Shown here piece after piece: positions 33,211 to 37,834 of a stretch of 37,834 bases of DNA. Below the pieces are notes generated by a model. The model saw only the letters and a program-made list of their open reading frames with translations, had not been told where the DNA came from and did no database searches. The first letter of the stretch is position 1. Every line of letters begins with the position of its first letter. Source of the DNA: an uncultured Selenomonadaceae bacterium (GTDB lineage Bacteria; Bacillota; Negativicutes; Selenomonadales; Selenomonadaceae); contig CAJOOE010000132.1 in NCBI GenBank assembly GCA_905236145.1, positions 1 to 37,834 on the forward strand, read 5' to 3'. The translations under genes were made by a program, and so were the position numbers.

Positions 33211-34008
33211 TTGGCGGAAATCGATCTTTACGACATATTTCAAGGACAAGCGGCGGCGTTTTTGCTCGTTTTGACCCGGACAAGCGGAATATTTCTGATC
33301 TCTCCGTTTTTCGGAAGTATGAATGTCCCCATACAGCTTCGGGCGGCTACGGCAATTACTCTTGCCGTGTTACTCTTTCCGGTTATCGTGAAAACTTCGA
33401 TAGTGACCGCTCCGGAAAGTATTTGGATTTTCGCCGCGACGGTCGTCAAAGAACTTTTTGTCGGCTGGCTGATAGGTTTTGTGGCTTACGTCGCCTTTGC
33501 GGCGATAACAATGTCCGGTAAAATTATGGATATGCAGGTCGGTTATGCGGTCGCAAATGTCATGGATCCGACTTCCGGTCAGCAAATGCCGCTTATCGGA
33601 AGTTTTCTTTATAACCTCGCGGTAATTTATTTCGTGGTTGTAAACGGTCACCATGTCATAATTTCGGCGTTGGCGGGAAGTTTTCAGTCCGTCCCTCTCG
33701 ATACATTTGTTTGGACAAATTCTTTGGCGAAAATTGCGGAGGATTTGACTGCGGCGGTTCTTATGACCGGAATGAAAATTGCGATGCCGGTGACGTTCGC
33801 AATTTTGATGACAAATGTCGGCTTGGGAATTTTGGCTCGAACCATGCCGCAGATGAACATTTTCGTTATCGGTATTCCTCTCCAACTGACGATAGGAACT
33901 TCCGTCCTCGCAATGCTTATGCCTTTTTATGTGATGTTTTTGGATACGCTTTTCAATACTTTGTACGGAAGTATTTCCATGTTGCTTAAAGCGATTGCCG
34001 TTACTTGA
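33211..34008 (+). CDS. fliR: Flagellar type III export apparatus protein FliR
   Basis: This 265-aa polytopic protein sits between fliQ and flhB. Its FLLVLTRTSGIFLISPFFGS N-terminus is typical. The start is TTG, 8 nt after GAGAGGA. Confidence 0.93.
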   Translation: MAEIDLYDIFQGQAAAFLLVLTRTSGIFLISPFFGSMNVPIQLRAATAITLAVLLFPVIVKTSIVTAPESIWIFAATVVKELFVGWLIGFVAYVAFAAITMSGKIMDMQVGYAVANVMDPTSGQQMPLIGSFLYNLAVIYFVVVNGHHVIISALAGSFQSVPLDTFVWTNSLAKIAEDLTAAVLMTGMKIAMPVTFAILMTNVGLGILARTMPQMNIFVIGIPLQLTIGTSVLAMLMPFYVMFLDTLFNTLYGSISMLLKAIAVT

Positions 34009-34040
34009 CGAAAAAAATTTTATTCCCGGATGTGTTGTAG

Positions 34041-35195
34041 ATGTCGTTTATGAAAATTTTTCTTCTCAGACCGGCGGAGATTTTAAATCCCGGCAAGCCT
34101 TTCAAATTTGACTTGCAGAGATTTGCCGAAGGCGGCGACAAGACTGAAGAGCCGACGGACAAAAAACGCCGTGACGCGAGGAAGAAAGGGCAGGTTGCAA
34201 AAAGTCAGGAACTCAACACGGCATTTGTCCTGCTTATGGGTTTCTTCATTCTCAAAATTTTGTGGGAATATATTTATACGAATATTGCGGATTATGCAAC
34301 TTACATTTTTTCGCACGTTTCGCAGAATCATTCGATTGAGGCAATAACCGAATTGTTTCTGGGAGTGATGATGCTGCTTGCGAAAACGGCAATGCCGGTA
34401 ATGTTCGGCATTTTGATTATCGGACTGGGAATAAATTTCTTTCAAGTCGGCTTGATGATTTCGACGGAAAAACTTGAGCCGAAACTTGAAAATTTAAATC
34501 CGATAAACGGTTTCGGCAGAATTTTTTCGAAGCGTTCGCTCGTCGAACTCTTCAAGTCGATTTTCAAAATAATCGTTATAGGATTTTTCCTCTACCTTTA
34601 TCTGAAAGAACAAATTCCGCTTATGCCGTACTTCATATACTTCGATCTGGCACAGAGTTTGGCTGAAACGGCAGATATAATTTTCAATATGGCATTTCAA
34701 ATTATTGCCATGATAATGTTCATGGCGGCGGTCGATTACGCTTATCAAAAATGGCAAACGACGCAAGATTTGATGATGACAAAGCAGGAAGTAAAGGACG
34801 AATATAAACAGACCGAAGGCGATCCGCAGATTAAGGGAAAAATCAAACAGAAACAGCGTCAAATGGCAATGAGCCGAATGATGCAGGAAGTTCCGAAAGC
34901 GGACGTAATAGTGACAAACCCGACGCACTTGGCAATAGCTCTGCAGTACAGCGACGGAATGGTCGCTCCGGTGGTTGTCGCGAAAGGTCAAGATTTGGTC
35001 GCCGAGCGAATAAAAAATATTGCAAGGGAAAATCGAATAACGATTGTCGAAAACAAGCCGCTTGCCCGTGCATTGTATGAGGCGGTGGATATAGGCGGAA
35101 CGGTGCCGCAGGAATTGTATCAGGCGGTGGCGGAAGTTCTGGCCTATGTTTACAAGCTGAAGAAGAAAAAAATTCGTCCTTCAACGGCGGCTTGA
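34041..35195 (+). CDS. flhB: Flagellar type III export switch protein FlhB
   Basis: It has DLQRFAEGGDKTEEPT, four TM helices and the NPTH autocleavage site (VIVTNPTHLAIAL). The N-terminus is about 20 aa longer than usual, and the start has no clear RBS. Confidence 0.93.
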   Translation: MSFMKIFLLRPAEILNPGKPFKFDLQRFAEGGDKTEEPTDKKRRDARKKGQVAKSQELNTAFVLLMGFFILKILWEYIYTNIADYATYIFSHVSQNHSIEAITELFLGVMMLLAKTAMPVMFGILIIGLGINFFQVGLMISTEKLEPKLENLNPINGFGRIFSKRSLVELFKSIFKIIVIGFFLYLYLKEQIPLMPYFIYFDLAQSLAETADIIFNMAFQIIAMIMFMAAVDYAYQKWQTTQDLMMTKQEVKDEYKQTEGDPQIKGKIKQKQRQMAMSRMMQEVPKADVIVTNPTHLAIALQYSDGMVAPVVVAKGQDLVAERIKNIARENRITIVENKPLARALYEAVDIGGTVPQELYQAVAEVLAYVYKLKKKKIRPSTAA

Positions 35196-35297
35196 AAATA
35201 AAAGATGGACAGAGAAGATGTATTCGCAAGACTTGAGGAGAGACTCGGCGAACTCCGAAAGCAACACGAAAAAGACAAAGGCGGGAAGGAGAAAAAA

Positions 35298-37388
35298 ATG
35301 GCAGCATCTGATGAAACTTTGGAAGGCGGCAGCTCGCTTTCAATAGGAGCGTGGATACAAAAATACAGCGATGTCATAATTGCGTTGACTTTGGTCACGA
35401 TCGTCATAATGATGATTATTCCTTTGCCGACCGCACTTTTGGATATGCTGATTTGCCTTAACATAACCATTGCACTTATAGTCGTGATGAGTGCGATTTA
35501 CAATGAGGAGGCTCTGGATTTATCCGTCTTTCCTTCCCTCTTGCTTGTTACAACCCTTTTCCGATTGGCGTTAAATATTTCTTCAACGCGACTTATTTTG
35601 TTGAACGGTTACGCCGGAGAAGTCATTACGGCGTTCGGAAATTTCGTTGTCGGAGGTAACCCGGTCATCGGTTTCATTATGTTTATAATCTTGGTCATTA
35701 TAAACTTTATCGTTATTACGAAAGGTTCCGAGCGTGTCGCGGAAGTTTCCGCCCGTTTCACTTTGGACGCGATGCCCGGTAAACAAATGGCAATAGATGC
35801 GGACTTGAATCAGGGAGCGATAACGGACGCGGAGGCAAAAGTCCGGCGTGAAAAAATTCAGCGTGAAGCGGATTTTTTCGGGGCTATGGACGGTGCGTCG
35901 AAGTTCGTCAAAGGTGACGCGATTGCCGCAATTATAATCATGCTCATAAATATCGGCGGCGGTTTCGTCATCGGTATGGTGCAGAGAAATTTGGAGGCGG
36001 TGGACGCTCTTCAAACTTACACCCTGCTGACCGTCGGCGAAGGTCTTGTCAGTCAGATTCCGGCTCTTTTGATCTCCACCGCAACCGGTATTATAGTTAC
36101 CCGTGCAGCGTCGGAAGGAAACTTGGGTAACGACATTGTTAAGCAACTTTTCAACAATGAAAGAATTTTCTTCATCAACAGCGGCGTTTTGGTATTTTTG
36201 GCACTCGTCCCGGGCTTGCCGGGAGTCCCCTTCATGGCTCTTGCGGGCGTTTGCGGATTTATCGGTTACAATCTCCGGAAGAAAACCGCGACGGTTCAGG
36301 AAGTCGAAGAGGAGCAGAAGGAAGTTCGCGAAAAGGCGGACGCAACCCGCCCGGAAAATATCGTTTCGCTCCTGCAGGTCGATCCGATGGAATTGGAAAT
36401 CGGTTATTCCCTCATTCCGCTCGTCGATACCGGGCAGGGCGGCGATTTGCTGGACAGAATTGTCATGATTCGCCGTCAATGTGCTTTGGAACTCGGTCTT
36501 GTCGTTCCCACGATTCGTATTCGCGACAACATTCAAATTAAACCGAATTCTTACATAATCAAGCTGAAAGGGCAGGAAATTGCTCGCGGCGAACTTCTGC
36601 TCGACCATTTCCTTGCCATGAACTCCGGCACCGTCTTTGAGGAAGTTCCGGGAATTGAAACTGTCGAACCGGCTTTCGGACTTCCGGCTCTGTGGATTCC
36701 GGAAAGTGAAAGAGAACAGGCGGAACTCAACGGCTACACCGTAGTCGATGCGGTTTCGGTTTTGGCAACTCATTTGACGGAAGTCATAAAACAACACGCC
36801 GCCGAAATTCTCGGTCGTCAGGAAACTCAAAATCTTATCGACAACCTCGCGAAAACTCATCAATCACTTGTCAACGAAGTTGTCCCGGAACTCATGGGCG
36901 TGGGCGAAGTGCAAAAAGTTTTGGCGAATTTGCTGGAAGAAAGAATTTCCATTCGCGATATGGCGACCATCATGGAAGTTTTGGCGGATTATGCACGGGC
37001 GACGAAAGATACAGAAATTCTCACCGAATACGTCCGGCATGCGATGGCAAGACAGATTACCTCTCAAGTCGTTCAGGGGAATACGCTGCCCTGTATCACT
37101 TTGGATCCGGGATTGGAAAACAGAATTGCCGGAGGAGTGCAGAGGACGGATCACGGCTCATTCGTCAATCTCGATCCGGACTCAATGCGTCGCATGATCG
37201 CCTCGCTGAACGGCGAAATAGAAAAGTTGACGAATATGGGCTATCAGCCGGTGGTTTTGACAAGCCCGGCGGTCAGACTGTATTTCAGAAAATTGGTTTC
37301 CCGCTCGGTACAAGGCTTGATAATCGTTTCTCACGCAGAAATAGATCAGAGCATAGAAATTCAAATTCTCGGCGTGGTAAAGTTGTAA
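35298..37388 (+). CDS. flhA: Flagellar type III export gate protein FlhA
   Basis: It has FHIPEP-family motifs (ERVAEVSARFTLDAMPGKQMAIDADL, FGAMDGASKFVKGDA). I prefer ATG 35298, 7 nt after GGAAGGAG, which gives 696 aa. The track start at 35205 lacks an RBS and adds an atypical charged extension. Confidence 0.95.
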   Translation: MAASDETLEGGSSLSIGAWIQKYSDVIIALTLVTIVIMMIIPLPTALLDMLICLNITIALIVVMSAIYNEEALDLSVFPSLLLVTTLFRLALNISSTRLILLNGYAGEVITAFGNFVVGGNPVIGFIMFIILVIINFIVITKGSERVAEVSARFTLDAMPGKQMAIDADLNQGAITDAEAKVRREKIQREADFFGAMDGASKFVKGDAIAAIIIMLINIGGGFVIGMVQRNLEAVDALQTYTLLTVGEGLVSQIPALLISTATGIIVTRAASEGNLGNDIVKQLFNNERIFFINSGVLVFLALVPGLPGVPFMALAGVCGFIGYNLRKKTATVQEVEEEQKEVREKADATRPENIVSLLQVDPMELEIGYSLIPLVDTGQGGDLLDRIVMIRRQCALELGLVVPTIRIRDNIQIKPNSYIIKLKGQEIARGELLLDHFLAMNSGTVFEEVPGIETVEPAFGLPALWIPESEREQAELNGYTVVDAVSVLATHLTEVIKQHAAEILGRQETQNLIDNLAKTHQSLVNEVVPELMGVGEVQKVLANLLEERISIRDMATIMEVLADYARATKDTEILTEYVRHAMARQITSQVVQGNTLPCITLDPGLENRIAGGVQRTDHGSFVNLDPDSMRRMIASLNGEIEKLTNMGYQPVVLTSPAVRLYFRKLVSRSVQGLIIVSHAEIDQSIEIQILGVVKL

Positions 37389-37389
37389 A

Positions 37390-37834
37390 ATGAATTACCC
37401 GATAAACTTGGACATAAAAGACAAAATTTGTACGGTTGTCGGCGGCGGAAAGGTTGCGGCAAGAAAGATTCGCGACATTTTGAAAGTCGGCGGAATTGTC
37501 GAAGTCATCGCTCCGGAAATTTGCCCGGAGATTTGCGACCTTGCAAAAAATTTTGCCGGAATAAAAATCATTCGCGAAAAGTATTCGCAGGAAAAAATTT
37601 CGCCGGACACCGCACTTTTATTTGCGGCAACGAACATGGGGAAAATTAACCGGCTTGTACTCGAAGAAGGACGGCGAAAAAAAATTCCGGTAAATTCGGC
37701 GGACGGCGGCGGAGATTTTGAAATTCCGTCAAAAATTTATCGCGGCGATTTTCTGCTGACAATTTCGACCGGCGGAAATTCTCCGGCGTTCTCGCGATTC
37801 GTCCGGCTGATGATTGAAAGAGAGTTTGACGAAA
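37390..37834 (+). CDS. sirC: Precorrin-2 dehydrogenase / sirohydrochlorin ferrochelatase (SirC / CysG N-domain-like), 5' part. It runs off the right edge of the window.
   Basis: Absent from the ORF track because it is truncated. My translation is MNYPINLDIKDKICTVVGGGKVAARKIRDIL...FAATN...FEIPSKIYRGDFLLTISTGGNSPAFSRFVR. This shows a Rossmann GGGxVAxRK motif and the family-typical TxGxSP segment. The ATG is 1 nt after the flhA stop. Confidence 0.82.
   Translation, partial: MNYPINLDIKDKICTVVGGGKVAARKIRDILKVGGIVEVIAPEICPEICDLAKNFAGIKIIREKYSQEKISPDTALLFAATNMGKINRLVLEEGRRKKIPVNSADGGGDFEIPSKIYRGDFLLTISTGGNSPAFSRFVRLMIEREFDE

Noticed and set aside
35205-35297. A 31-codon charged N-terminal extension of FlhA (MDREDVFARLEERLGELRKQHEKDKGGKEKK).
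   Set aside because: There is no RBS before 35205. A strong GGAAGGAG lies 7 nt before ATG 35298, which gives a canonical FlhA length and N-terminus. An independent small ORF cannot be excluded but is unsupported.

Overview
This window looks like core chromosome from an anaerobic, flagellated, diderm (LPS-bearing) bacterium with roughly mid-40s %GC by eye. About 40 protein genes and one tRNA are tightly packed, and I found no CRISPR array, transposase, integrase, phage gene or recognisable defence module.

Gene content, left to right:
- 1-7700: lepA (partial), a histidine phosphatase, a DUF1850-like protein, a GT2 glycosyltransferase, a YloV-like DAK2 protein with a degenerate nucleotide-binding motif, a Sel1-like remnant plus a Uma2 endonuclease, hisIE, a lone ecfA2 and tRNA-Thr(CGU).
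- 7825-14353, minus strand: tlyA-nadK-hypothetical-uppP-pth-NCS2 purine permease-phzF.
- 14531-19170: a lone pilT-like ATPase, then an RsbW/SpoIIAB-like ATP-binding protein followed by lptD and split ADP-heptose genes.
- 19252-23520, minus strand: rubrerythrin, then ybaK-GT9 heptosyltransferase-LtaS-like transferase.
- 23763-27820: rsfS, rpsF-ssb-rpsR, sepF, a YkgJ Cys-cluster protein and a PPi-type phosphofructokinase.
- 28098-37388: a Bacillus-style flagellar switch/export operon, flbD-fliL-fliM-fliY-cheY-fliO-fliP-fliQ-fliR-flhB-flhA. It runs with a 1-nt gap into a sirC-like precorrin-2 dehydrogenase gene, which is partial at the window end.

I do not see a convincing previously undescribed multi-gene system here.

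Leads worth a second look, all of moderate interest:
- A partner-less anti-sigma-type kinase heads the lptD/heptose operon.
- Strong terminator hairpins sit immediately upstream of the phzF and purine permease start codons.
- The YloV paralogue has a degenerate motif and is shorter than YloV.
- FliY carries an unusually long Pro-rich linker and has a consensus promoter just downstream, in front of cheY.
- The flagellar operon lacks flhF/flhG and joins directly to sirC.
- An uncharacterised 229-aa acidic protein is embedded in the housekeeping operon.

All functional calls come from motif recognition by eye. No database search was run.
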